Assembly: GCA_049297775.1 (NCBI GenBank)
Contig: JBAQUX010000008.1
Span: 10,286 to 74,285 of the forward strand
Length of the DNA stretch: 64,000 nucleotides
Origin: Minisyncoccia bacterium
GTDB lineage: Bacteria; Patescibacteriota; Minisyncoccia; Phycocordibacterales; UBA2100
Direction of reading: 5' to 3'
Positions 27,820 to 36,865 of this stretch are shown here, piece by piece; the stretch's first letter is position 1; each line of letters begins with the position of its first letter. The position numbers and the translations under genes are program-made. Below the pieces are notes generated by a model. The model saw only the letters and a list, made by a program, of their open reading frames with translations, did no database searches and was not told the DNA's origin.

Positions 27820-29076
27820 ATGCGTCAATCACACCTTTTTACAAAAACTCGCAAAGAAGCTCCCGCAGATGAAACTTCTAAGAATGCGCAGCTCCTTATT
27901 CGAGCAGGTTTTGTGCACAAGGAAATGGCTGGCGTCTACTCCTACTTGCCACTTGGGTTAAAAGTGCTCAACAAAATAGAAAATATAGTTCGTGAAGAAA
28001 TGGACGCCATTGGTGGGCAAGAGATTGCGATGGCAACATTGCACCCATCAGAACCATGGAAGCAAACAGGAGCATGGGACAAAGTAGATGTGCTTTTCAA
28101 AATAAATTCTCGTACCGAAAAAGAATATGCGTTAGGACAAAGTGAGGAAGAAATTGTTACGCCTATAGCGCAAGAGTACATCGCTTCATATAAAGACCTG
28201 CCAAAGGCAATCTATCAAATAGGAAATAAATACAGAGATGAGCTTCGTGCGAAATCAGGAGTGATGCGCGGACGAGAATTTCGTATGAAGGATATGTACA
28301 GCTTTCATACTTCTCAAGCTGATTTTGATATTTTTTATGAAAAAGCTAAGCAAGCATACCTAAAAGTATACGCACGGTGCGGACTGGTAGCGAAAGTCAC
28401 TGAAGCATCAGGTGGAAGTTTTACAGAGAAGCTCTCATATGAGTTTATGGTACTTACTGATGCCGGTGAGGATGATATTGTGTATTGCGATACCTGTACT
28501 CATTGCGCAAACGTTGAGGTTGCAACACAAAAGGTGGGCGAGACTTGTGCAAAATGTACAACAGGGACACTTAAAACAGCGCGTGCGTCAGAAGTGGGTA
28601 ATATTTTCGACCTCAGTACAAAATACCCAAAGGATTTTAACTTTAAATACAAAGATGCTGAAGGGAAGGACCAATACCCAATTATGGGATGTTACGGCAT
28701 TGGTACGACTCGACTTGTGGGAGTTCTAGCAGAAGCATTGTCTGACGCTAAGGGTATGGTATGGCCAGAATCAGTTGCACCGATGCAAGTGCATCTTATT
28801 GCTATTGCAAACGGCAACGAGGACGTACTTGCAGAATCTGAAACACTGTATGAATCGTTGCGTCAGCAAGGTATTTCAGTCTTATTTGATGATAGAGCCT
28901 CAGCAAGTGCAGGAGAAAAATTTAAGGACGCTGAGCTCATTGGTATTCCGTGGCGCGTCGTAGTCTCTGCGAAAACAATGGCAGCTGGACAACTTGAGTG
29001 CGTACGACGAAGTACTGGAGAAATACTTTCTGTGAATGAGACAGACCTCGTAAAAACAATAACTCGTCATGACTAA
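27820..29076 (+). CDS. proS: Proline--tRNA ligase (short form without INS editing domain)
   Basis: Class II motifs are present (FRDE-like ..YRDELRAKSGVMRGREFRMKDMYSFH), plus a C-terminal anticodon-binding domain. The start is taken at MRQSHLF. Confidence 0.85.
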   Translation: MRQSHLFTKTRKEAPADETSKNAQLLIRAGFVHKEMAGVYSYLPLGLKVLNKIENIVREEMDAIGGQEIAMATLHPSEPWKQTGAWDKVDVLFKINSRTEKEYALGQSEEEIVTPIAQEYIASYKDLPKAIYQIGNKYRDELRAKSGVMRGREFRMKDMYSFHTSQADFDIFYEKAKQAYLKVYARCGLVAKVTEASGGSFTEKLSYEFMVLTDAGEDDIVYCDTCTHCANVEVATQKVGETCAKCTTGTLKTARASEVGNIFDLSTKYPKDFNFKYKDAEGKDQYPIMGCYGIGTTRLVGVLAEALSDAKGMVWPESVAPMQVHLIAIANGNEDVLAESETLYESLRQQGISVLFDDRASASAGEKFKDAELIGIPWRVVVSAKTMAAGQLECVRRSTGEILSVNETDLVKTITRHD

Positions 29077-30154
29077 CAAACGAAAGAAAAACGAAGAATC
29101 ACTCGTGCAGAGATTTTTCAAAATATTCTCAGATGATATCGGTATTGATTTAGGTACTGCAAATACACTGGTGCACGTGGCAGGTAAAGGCATTGTCATA
29201 AACGAGCCTTCTATTGTTGCGATGAATCAAAAAACAAACCAGGTGGTAGCGGTAGGTAAGGAAGCAAAGGAAATGCTTGGTAGAACACCTGCACACATCG
29301 TTGCAATTCGTCCGCTTGTTGATGGTGTTATCTCTGATTTTGAAGTTGCAGAGGAAATGCTCACGTATCTCATTAAGCGCGCGCAAGTAGGCAAGAGTGG
29401 CATTTTTGGTCCGCGTGTTGTCATTGGCGTACCGTCAGGCATTACCTCCGTTGAAGTACGTGCAGTGAGAGACGCCGCATACAATGCAGGTGCAAGAGAA
29501 GTACACATCGTCGAAGAACCAATGGCAGCTGCAATAGGTATTGGGCTTCCGGTCCGCGAACCAACAGGTTCTATGGTTGTAGATATTGGAGGAGGTACTA
29601 CAGACATTGGTATCGTTTCGTTGGGTGGACTTGTTAGTGCTCGAAACATAAAAATCGCTGGTGATAAATTTAATAGCGATATTGTGTCATATATCCGCAA
29701 CGAATTTAAAATATTAATCGGTGAGAAGTCAGCAGAAGATTTAAAGATTGAAGTAAGCTCTGCACTCGCATCTCGCGACTCATTGGAGACTGTAGTGCGT
29801 GGACGTGACTTAGTTACAGGATTGCCGAGAGAGATTGTAGTTACAGATTCAGATGTGCGTGAAGCAATTACTCACTCTATCGAAGAGTTGGTTGATGCTA
29901 TTAAGGAGATCTTGGAAACGACACCGCCAGAAGTGGTCTCAGACATCCTTAAGTCAGGTATTTACTTGGCAGGCGGCGGAGCCCTTATTCGTGGCCTCCC
30001 AGAACTTTTGCAAAAGGAGCTCGGTGTGCCAATTTTTGTTGCTGAAGATCCACTTACTGCGGTTGTTCGTGGTACGGGGAAAATGCTTGCAAATATAGAA
30101 GATTATCAAGAGGCGTTTGTTCATTACGATGATGCTGTCTCGCCGCAACACTAG
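29069..30154 (+). CDS. mreB: Rod shape-determining protein MreB (copy 2, in the mreBCD-mrdA operon)
   Basis: IGIDLGTANTLVHV and the MreB fold are present throughout. Confidence 0.85.
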   Translation: MTNKRKKNEESLVQRFFKIFSDDIGIDLGTANTLVHVAGKGIVINEPSIVAMNQKTNQVVAVGKEAKEMLGRTPAHIVAIRPLVDGVISDFEVAEEMLTYLIKRAQVGKSGIFGPRVVIGVPSGITSVEVRAVRDAAYNAGAREVHIVEEPMAAAIGIGLPVREPTGSMVVDIGGGTTDIGIVSLGGLVSARNIKIAGDKFNSDIVSYIRNEFKILIGEKSAEDLKIEVSSALASRDSLETVVRGRDLVTGLPREIVVTDSDVREAITHSIEELVDAIKEILETTPPEVVSDILKSGIYLAGGGALIRGLPELLQKELGVPIFVAEDPLTAVVRGTGKMLANIEDYQEAFVHYDDAVSPQH

Positions 30155-30158
30155 AGGT

Positions 30159-30971
30159 ATGCATGTGCTCTGGACGCGTATCGGTCGCGTCCTTGCTCTT
30201 TGCGTTGTGCTTGGTGCGCTTGGGCTCGTTACTTTTAGTGAGAGTGCAGGGAATCGACTGAGAGATATGTTTGTCTCTACCGCAGTGCGCGCGGGTTCAG
30301 TAGGTGATGCCGTACCACTGGCGAATATGCTTGTTACAAAGAAAGAACTGTTAAATGAAAACGCTCGACTCACTGCGCTTGTCGCATCATATGAGCGCAC
30401 ACAAAAAGAGCTTTCATTGGAAGATCATTCGCTTAAATCATTATGCTCTTTGGTTAACGTACCTCTTGAAAACGCATACGGTGACTCTGTAAATGCAAAA
30501 AAGATTCTTACCATTGACCCTATTCAAAACTTTGGGTTGGTTGTAGGATTCGACAGATATATTTTTGGAACACTCGTAGTTTATTTCTCTCCGACAGAAA
30601 CACCACCGCAGATAAAAGATTTTGTCATCGCTGATGATGGGTATGCACTCGGAACAGTTCGTACTGTGGGGCAATCGTCTGCAGTAGTTGATTTATTTAC
30701 TGCGTCAGGACATACGCTACAGGCAAAAATTGAAAACTCTGATGTAGTACAATTTGTAGGTAAGGGTGCAAACACTCTTGAAGCGCATGTGTCACAAAAA
30801 CTCAAAGTCTCTCTAGGAGATACGGTTGTTCTACCGGGAACTTTTGTTCCAGTAGCTGTAGTTACAGAAATACTTGCAACTCCTGAAGATGCTACACAAA
30901 CTATTCGTGCTCGTCCTAAAACAAATCCCGCTTCTCATTCTGTAGTTACATTTGTTCGCTATGAGAATTGA
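30159..30971 (+). CDS. mreC: Rod shape-determining protein MreC
   Basis: An N-terminal TM segment, a coiled coil and a C-terminal beta domain (GTVRTVGQSSAVVDLFT...) are present. The gene sits in the operon position after mreB. Confidence 0.75.
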   Translation: MHVLWTRIGRVLALCVVLGALGLVTFSESAGNRLRDMFVSTAVRAGSVGDAVPLANMLVTKKELLNENARLTALVASYERTQKELSLEDHSLKSLCSLVNVPLENAYGDSVNAKKILTIDPIQNFGLVVGFDRYIFGTLVVYFSPTETPPQIKDFVIADDGYALGTVRTVGQSSAVVDLFTASGHTLQAKIENSDVVQFVGKGANTLEAHVSQKLKVSLGDTVVLPGTFVPVAVVTEILATPEDATQTIRARPKTNPASHSVVTFVRYEN

Positions 30972-31227
30972 TTTTCATAATTTTATATTCGGCGTCGCGA
31001 CAGCGCTCATGCTTATTTCAAGTGTTATTGGCTCTGGTATCGCGCTCTGTGCCATTTCAGTATTCGTGCTCTTTAGATTTGGTGCTGTGCTCACCGTTGC
31101 CAGTATGTTTGCGCTGTATATTCTTTTGTACGCAACTCCGCCACTTCCATATATCATACTTATACTCATTGCGTGTGTCTTAGCACTTTCGCTGAGGATG
31201 CGCAGATACACCATTTTTGTACAGTAA
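30952..31227 (+). CDS. Small polytopic membrane protein in the mreD position (putative short MreD)
   Basis: This 88-91-aa protein has three hydrophobic helices and lies between mreC and mrdA. The call rests on synteny only. Confidence 0.35.
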   Translation: MFAMRIDFHNFIFGVATALMLISSVIGSGIALCAISVFVLFRFGAVLTVASMFALYILLYATPPLPYIILILIACVLALSLRMRRYTIFVQ

Positions 31228-31267
31228 TACGGGGAGCTTTTTCATTCAGTGCTTATGAGGTACACTC

Positions 31268-33100
31268 ATGGGCATGAAGCGATTCAAAATTCGGAAAAAT
31301 GTTCGCCAACGACTCATCATTGACACAGATGCGATTTTTTCTGACTCCTTAAACTTACCTGGGTTTGATAAAGATAAGCTAGAAGGGAGAGTAGTGAGTT
31401 CACTCAAGACCTCAGAAATATATCTTGTGGGGGCCATTTTTCTACTTTTTGCAACAGTAGTTTTGTTTAAATCATATTCATTACAAATTGTTCGTGGTGA
31501 TGAGTTTAATCGCATCTCTGAGGAGAACCGCCTAGAATACAGAAGTATCTTTGCGCAACGTGGCATTATTACTGACCGATATGACACTAAGCTTGCATGG
31601 AATACGTTGCCAGAAGTCATACCTGCAACTGAAGACGAAGTGGTCACTGACACTGTTCAAAAGAAGTACGAATTTCCTCATAGAAAATATATCGAGAATC
31701 CTGCATTCGCCCACCTCATTGGCTATGTGGAATATCCGAAGAAGGACTCCAAAGGAAACTGGTGGAGCACAAAGTACGTCCCGAAATCAGGTTTAGAATT
31801 TCAGTATGATGCTGAGCTGAGTGGCATAAACGGTAAGGATATCTTGGAAGTGGATTCACGCGGAAAAGTTATTTCACACGACATGATTGACCCTCCAGTA
31901 GACGGGAAGACCCTCCAGCTTTCGTTGGATGCACATCTTCAGGAGTTGCTCTTCTCAGCACTGCAGACTGGCGTGGAGCGGTCGCATTTTAAGGGTGGTG
32001 CTGGGGTGGTCATGGATGTACATACTGGCGAGGTTCTCGCTATTACAAGTTACCCATCTTACGATTTGAACGTTTTTACTGAAAAGAACGACCCGGCTCA
32101 AATTCAAAAGTATCTCAATGATACTCGCTCTGTATTTCTTAATCGAGCGGTGCAAGGTGCGTACTCACCAGGCTCAATTATAAAACCATTTATGGCAATT
32201 GCTGCGCTTGAAGAAAGTATCGTAACTCCTGAGTGGGGTATCGTGAGTACTGGCTCAATAAGTTTACCAAACCCATACACGCCGTCGAAGCCATCAATTT
32301 TCCGCGACTGGAAGGCACATGGTTGGGTAGATATGCGCCACGCAATAGCCGTTTCGTCTGATGTGTATTTCTATGTGATTGGTGGCGGTTACCAAGGTCA
32401 AAAAGGTATGGGAATAGCAAAGATTGATGAATGGGCAAGAAACTTCGGTTTTGGTGCTCTCACAGGGATAGCATTTCCAAACGAAGTGCCCGGACAGATA
32501 CCAACACCTGAATGGAAGAAGCAGGCATTTAAAGATGAACAGCGATGGAATATCGGTAACACATATCACTCATCGATTGGTCAGTATGGATGGCTCGCTA
32601 CACCGCTACAAGCTGTGCAATATACTGCAGCGGTAGCAAATGGAGGCACACTGATTACGCCAACCCTTAAAAAAGGTGAACAAGGTGCAATGACTCACAT
32701 ACCAATGACAAAAACTGACATGTCTGTTATTCACGATGGTATGCGACTCTCTGCAAGTATTGGAACAGCAAAGTCACTGAAAATGGCTGGGCTCGACTTG
32801 GCTGGTAAAACAGGCACAGCGCAAGTAGGAGCACGGAACGAAAAAATGCACTCATGGGTAATAGGTTTTTGGCCCTCACAAAAACCTCAGTTTGCATTTG
32901 TGATGATGATGGAGAACGCTCCCGCAAACACATTGGTTGGCTCGGCGCCCTCCATGAGGCCATTCTTTGAAACGCTCATTAGGGAGAAATCCCCATATAT
33001 TGACGGCAAATATCCTCAAAAAATTATCCCCGAAAAAAGTGTTGAAATTGAGCCATATATCGAAACTGTGCCATCTGAGGAAACACCCATTGCACATTAG
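31268..33100 (+). CDS. mrdA: Penicillin-binding protein 2 (peptidoglycan D,D-transpeptidase MrdA)
   Basis: SxxK (GSIIKPF), SxD/N (AVSSDVYF) and KTGTAQ motifs are present, with an N-terminal TM segment. Confidence 0.85.
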   Translation: MGMKRFKIRKNVRQRLIIDTDAIFSDSLNLPGFDKDKLEGRVVSSLKTSEIYLVGAIFLLFATVVLFKSYSLQIVRGDEFNRISEENRLEYRSIFAQRGIITDRYDTKLAWNTLPEVIPATEDEVVTDTVQKKYEFPHRKYIENPAFAHLIGYVEYPKKDSKGNWWSTKYVPKSGLEFQYDAELSGINGKDILEVDSRGKVISHDMIDPPVDGKTLQLSLDAHLQELLFSALQTGVERSHFKGGAGVVMDVHTGEVLAITSYPSYDLNVFTEKNDPAQIQKYLNDTRSVFLNRAVQGAYSPGSIIKPFMAIAALEESIVTPEWGIVSTGSISLPNPYTPSKPSIFRDWKAHGWVDMRHAIAVSSDVYFYVIGGGYQGQKGMGIAKIDEWARNFGFGALTGIAFPNEVPGQIPTPEWKKQAFKDEQRWNIGNTYHSSIGQYGWLATPLQAVQYTAAVANGGTLITPTLKKGEQGAMTHIPMTKTDMSVIHDGMRLSASIGTAKSLKMAGLDLAGKTGTAQVGARNEKMHSWVIGFWPSQKPQFAFVMMMENAPANTLVGSAPSMRPFFETLIREKSPYIDGKYPQKIIPEKSVEIEPYIETVPSEETPIAH

Positions 33101-33127
33101 GTAATTATCTGTACAATACTGCCCACT

Positions 33128-33595
33128 ATGACAGACCAAAAGCAATATATAAGTAAAGAAAAACACGCCTCACTTAAAGAAGAGTTACACCTCCTTAAGA
33201 CTTCAAAGCGCAAAGAAATTGCAGATGCACTAGAATTTGCACGTTCACTTGGTGACTTGTCAGAAAATGCTGAATATAAAGAAGCGCGCGACCACCAGGC
33301 AGATTTAGAGGAGCGCATAACAGAAATTGAAGAGATACTCGCATCTGCAAGTATTGTGAGTGGTCACTCAAAATCAGAAGTTTCGGTTGGTTCAACAGTA
33401 ACTATTCAAAAGAAAGGTACAAAAGTATCTCAGGAGTATCACATCGTGAGTCCGTCTGAGGCAGACACGAGCACAAAGAAAATTTCATATGAGTCTCCAC
33501 TTGGTGCTGCAATGATGCATAAGAAAAGCGGTGAGTCATTCTCGTTCAACACTCCAAACGGAAAGGTAGAATACACTATCCAAGAGATTAAGTAG
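33128..33595 (+). CDS. greA: Transcription elongation factor GreA
   Basis: The LGDLSENAEYKEARD coiled-coil finger and a C-terminal FKBP-like domain are present. Confidence 0.9.
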   Translation: MTDQKQYISKEKHASLKEELHLLKTSKRKEIADALEFARSLGDLSENAEYKEARDHQADLEERITEIEEILASASIVSGHSKSEVSVGSTVTIQKKGTKVSQEYHIVSPSEADTSTKKISYESPLGAAMMHKKSGESFSFNTPNGKVEYTIQEIK

Positions 33596-33632
33596 TATCG
33601 AAATTTTTGTAACTTAATGGTACTATACCGCA

Positions 33633-35543
33633 ATGGCACTTGAGGATATTCGAGCTGAACGTATAGAAAAAATTAATGCACTTCGCGCTGGAGGTGTTGT
33701 TCCATATCCTGCAAAGACCGTTCGTACCCATACTGTCGATGCGCTCCTCTCAGACTTTTCACAGTTAAGTGCAAACGAAACAAGTATTACGACAGCTGGA
33801 AGAATCATGAGTATTAGAACTCATGGTGGCTCTACGTTTTTTGATGTGTTCGACGGCACTGCAAAAGTTCAAGCATTTCTTAAAAAAGATATTGTTGGAG
33901 ATGCGCTTTTTGAACAGTTCGATGTCACGTTTGATGCGGGTGACTTTGTGCAAGTAACCGGAGTTCCATTTCTCACACAGCGAGGTCAGCAAAGTATACT
34001 CGTCTCAGCGTTTACATTGCTTTCAAAAAGTATTTTACCAGTACCCACTGAATGGTTCGGTATTGCAGACGAAGATGCCCGTTTTAGAAAGCGTTATCTG
34101 GACATACTGCTTAATAAAGAACTCGCGCAACGGTTTAAACTTCGCTCCAAGTTTTGGAATGTGATGCGCACATTTCTTCTTGAAAAGGACTTTATTGAAG
34201 TTGAAACACCGATACTAGAAACAACAACGGGTGGCGCTGATGCGCGCCCATTTATCACGCACCATAATGCCCTCGACTTAGAGGTATGTTTACGTATTTC
34301 TGTTGGTGAGCTTTGGCAAAAGCGACTCATGGTTGCGGGGTTGCCACGTACGTTTGAGATTGGACGCGTGTTTCGCAATGAAGGTATGTCAGCTGAGCAT
34401 GCGCAAGACTATACTGCGCTCGAATATTACATGGCATACGCCGACTTTACCGAAGGTATGGCAATGACCAAAGAGCTCTATACCCGCATTGCAAAAGAAG
34501 TCTTTGGGAAAACGGTATTTACCATCAGAGGATTTGAGGTTGATTTTGAAAAGGAGTGGGAGATGTATGATTTTTGCGATATCTTACAGAAAAATTTTGG
34601 CGTTGACCCGCTCGATGATTCTCTCACACCAGAAGTGCTCGGAGCAAAATTAAAAGAGGCGGGTGTATCGTTTGATCCAAAGGAGCTTAATCGCTCTCGT
34701 GCAGTAGACATGCTGTGGAAGGTGGTACGAAAGACACTGAGCGGTCCTGGATTTCTTGTTGGTGTGCCGGTGTACCTAGAACCACTTGCAAAGCGAAGTA
34801 GTACCGATGCGCGTGTGGTAGAACGATTCCAAGTAATTCTCGCAGGAAGTGAAATGGGCAAAGGCTTTAGTGAGCTGAACGACCCAATTGACCAGCGTGA
34901 ACGTTTTATGCAACAGCAAGCATTGCGAGATGCAGGAGATGAAGAAGCGCAAATGGCTGACATGGAGTACGTAGAAGCTATGGAGTACGGTATGCCACCA
35001 ACCTTTGGTTTCGGTGTGTCTGAGCGATTTTTTAGCTTTCTACTCGATGTCCCTATACGTGAAGCACAGCTCTTTCCATTGATGCGCCCAAAGGAAGCAA
35101 CACTTTCAAAAAAGGAGGCAGAAGCATTGTATCGCTCAAAGAAATTCGTTGTCATTGCCGATAGTTCTCTTGGTTATGGCGTCACTGCAAATGCCATCGG
35201 ACAGTTAGGAATTTCTATGGGAGGACTGCATAAACAAAAACTATTTGAGAAGGAAACATTTCATGATGCGGATGGGGTGACGCATTATGCAGACGGCCTG
35301 TACCCAATGATTAACTTGGTAGGCGACCAATCCACCATGGCAACGTTCATCGCAAAGTGTCATGAAGCGAAAATCCAAGCGTTTGATTTCTCAGACATTA
35401 TGCGCAAGGCTCATTCTGATGCAGAAATGGATAAGGGCTATAAAGCCGTCACCACAGATGCAGTGCCATACATTGCCGTTGGCGCATTAGTACCAAAGGA
35501 TTTTGAAAAAGACTGGCTCACAGGTCTGAAACTATTTTCATAG
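33633..35543 (+). CDS. lysS: Lysine--tRNA ligase (class II) with an extra ~145-aa C-terminal domain
   Basis: An OB anticodon-binding domain and class-II motifs (FIEVETPILETTTGGADARPF, ...GMPPTFGFGVSERF) are present. The canonical end ...LFPLMRPKE is followed by a further domain (KKFVVIADSSLGYGVTANAIGQLGISMGG...). Confidence 0.85.
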   Translation: MALEDIRAERIEKINALRAGGVVPYPAKTVRTHTVDALLSDFSQLSANETSITTAGRIMSIRTHGGSTFFDVFDGTAKVQAFLKKDIVGDALFEQFDVTFDAGDFVQVTGVPFLTQRGQQSILVSAFTLLSKSILPVPTEWFGIADEDARFRKRYLDILLNKELAQRFKLRSKFWNVMRTFLLEKDFIEVETPILETTTGGADARPFITHHNALDLEVCLRISVGELWQKRLMVAGLPRTFEIGRVFRNEGMSAEHAQDYTALEYYMAYADFTEGMAMTKELYTRIAKEVFGKTVFTIRGFEVDFEKEWEMYDFCDILQKNFGVDPLDDSLTPEVLGAKLKEAGVSFDPKELNRSRAVDMLWKVVRKTLSGPGFLVGVPVYLEPLAKRSSTDARVVERFQVILAGSEMGKGFSELNDPIDQRERFMQQQALRDAGDEEAQMADMEYVEAMEYGMPPTFGFGVSERFFSFLLDVPIREAQLFPLMRPKEATLSKKEAEALYRSKKFVVIADSSLGYGVTANAIGQLGISMGGLHKQKLFEKETFHDADGVTHYADGLYPMINLVGDQSTMATFIAKCHEAKIQAFDFSDIMRKAHSDAEMDKGYKAVTTDAVPYIAVGALVPKDFEKDWLTGLKLFS

Positions 35544-35551
35544 ATGCAATG

Positions 35552-35586
35552 AAAAGGGTCAACTCAATTGACCCTTTTCATTTTAT
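35552..35586. terminator. Strong rho-independent terminator (AAAAGGGTCAA-ctcaa-TTGACCCTTTT)
   Basis: A perfect 11-bp stem with flanking A/T runs follows the lysS stop. Confidence 0.8.
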
Positions 35587-35636
35587 GAAAGATATGAGAG
35601 TATCCACCCAGTGCAACTTTAACCAGGGAGCCAAGG

Positions 35637-35849
35637 ATGCAACGAGAGCTTGCAGCCGAGATTCTTGCCTTCACATTCCATGAAGGTGTAACGATAAAGA
35701 TGATAGAAGACGTTTTAACCTCTGAAGGCAGTGGTGCAGCGTATGCTGTCATTCCTGTTCAGGAGGTCCGGAATCGGCTATCGGCACTTATCAGTCAATG
35801 GGGTTACTCAGAGCTGAAAGGTGCCGTTGCCGTGGCCAAAAAGGTCTGA
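35637..35849 (+). CDS. Hypothetical small protein (70 aa)
   Basis: A GGGAG RBS lies 6 nt upstream. The ORF is bracketed by two strong terminators. Confidence 0.35.
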   Translation: MQRELAAEILAFTFHEGVTIKMIEDVLTSEGSGAAYAVIPVQEVRNRLSALISQWGYSELKGAVAVAKKV

Positions 35850-35872
35850 AGTCGTCTCCGTTACGATGCACG

Positions 35873-35913
35873 TACCGACGAGTTGCTCACGCGACTCGTC
35901 GGTATCTTTGTAT
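35873..35913 (+). terminator. Rho-independent terminator (TACCGACGAGT-N10-ACTCGTCGGTA followed by TCTTTGT)
   Basis: It is a perfect 11-bp stem. Confidence 0.65.
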
Positions 35914-35990
35914 ATAATAATTTGATTTATTTAAATTTAGTGTTATAATAATTATCTGGTCTCCATCGTTACTACCAGAGAGGAAACTGC

Positions 35991-36140
35991 GTGAAGCTGC
36001 AACATTGGATATACCTCGCTATAGTCGGCCTGACTGTAGTCGTAGGCGCAACACTTTTGCTTCACGGCGAAAGGATTGTGAAAAAAATTCAACAGGACCA
36101 TGAGGTCCCAGCTGAGCTTCGCAAGGAGCTGCAGCGTTAA
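35991..36140 (+). CDS. Candidate small membrane protein (49 aa, GTG start)
   Basis: GAGG lies 7 nt upstream of the GTG. The product has a single TM helix (WIYLAIVGLTVVVGATLLL) and a basic tail. Hairpins with a T-run follow at 36198-36219. Confidence 0.25.
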   Translation: MKLQHWIYLAIVGLTVVVGATLLLHGERIVKKIQQDHEVPAELRKELQR

Positions 36141-36197
36141 ACTTCACACACCTTGCACGGAAAGGAGAACATGTGCAAGGTTCATTAAATTTTAAAA

Positions 36198-36219
36198 AAC
36201 ACCGCAACGGTGTTTTTTT
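36198..36219 (+). terminator. Rho-independent terminator (AACACCG-caa-CGGTGTT followed by T7)
   Basis: The hairpin and T-run lie upstream of the mraZ promoter region. Confidence 0.65.
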
Positions 36220-36261
36220 GTGCGTGCTTATCCACATATGCATATGGGATGTACTGTGTTG

Positions 36262-36310
36262 ATGTGGGATGAAGTGGTATAAATATGGATAGCGGTGGGA
36301 AAAAGTGGTA
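36262..36310 (+). promoter_or_regulatory. Putative MraZ operator: direct GTGGG/GTGG repeats with 10-nt periodicity
   Basis: The sequence reads GTGGGatgaaGTGGtataaatatGGatagcgGTGGGaaaaaGTGGt. It lies just upstream of the mraZ start and partly overlaps it. MraZ is known to bind spaced TGGG repeats in its own promoter. Confidence 0.45.
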
Positions 36311-36327
36311 AACTCATCGCAACCACT

Positions 36328-36762
36328 ATGTTAATAGGCGAATACACACATACGATTGATGATAAAAAGCGCTTAGCGTTGCCCAAGAAAATTGCAAAAG
36401 AATTGGGAAAGAAAATTGTTATCACTCGTGGTTTGGATGGAGCACTGTTCATGTATTCAGCAAAGTCATGGGATGTCATTGCAAAAAAATTGCAACAACT
36501 CTCATTTACTGGCGCAGATACTCGAGGATTCAATAGATTCATGCTCTCAGGTGCATCAGAGATTGATGTAGACGGAGTCGGAAGAATATTGATTCCAGAA
36601 TATCTAAAAACATTTGCAGGACTCGGTACAAAAGTAGTTCTTGCCGGTGTTGTCGATAGAGTTGAAGTATGGGATGCCGAGAAGTGGGCAACATACAAAA
36701 CAAAAATCGAAAGTCAGGCAGACGCAATGGCAGAAAAGTTGTCAGAAGTCGGTATTCTCTAA
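36328..36762 (+). CDS. mraZ: Transcriptional regulator MraZ
   Basis: Two MraZ/AbrB-like repeats are present (DDKKRLALPKK ... DGVGRILIPEYL). It is the first gene of the dcw cluster. The start is taken at MLIGEYTH rather than the upstream GTG. Confidence 0.8.
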   Translation: MLIGEYTHTIDDKKRLALPKKIAKELGKKIVITRGLDGALFMYSAKSWDVIAKKLQQLSFTGADTRGFNRFMLSGASEIDVDGVGRILIPEYLKTFAGLGTKVVLAGVVDRVEVWDAEKWATYKTKIESQADAMAEKLSEVGIL

Positions 36763-36865
36763 TTATGTTCTTTACGAATTTGTTTTCAGTTGTTTATGTA
36801 TCCAAGCGGCTGGGGGATTGTGAACTATCACTCGATAGAACACGGGCATCTCGCCTAATTACTCT

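Noticed and set aside
30952-31227. Calling the small membrane protein after mreC a confident MreD.
   Set aside because: It is only about 90 aa with no conserved motif. It is kept as a low-confidence positional candidate only.
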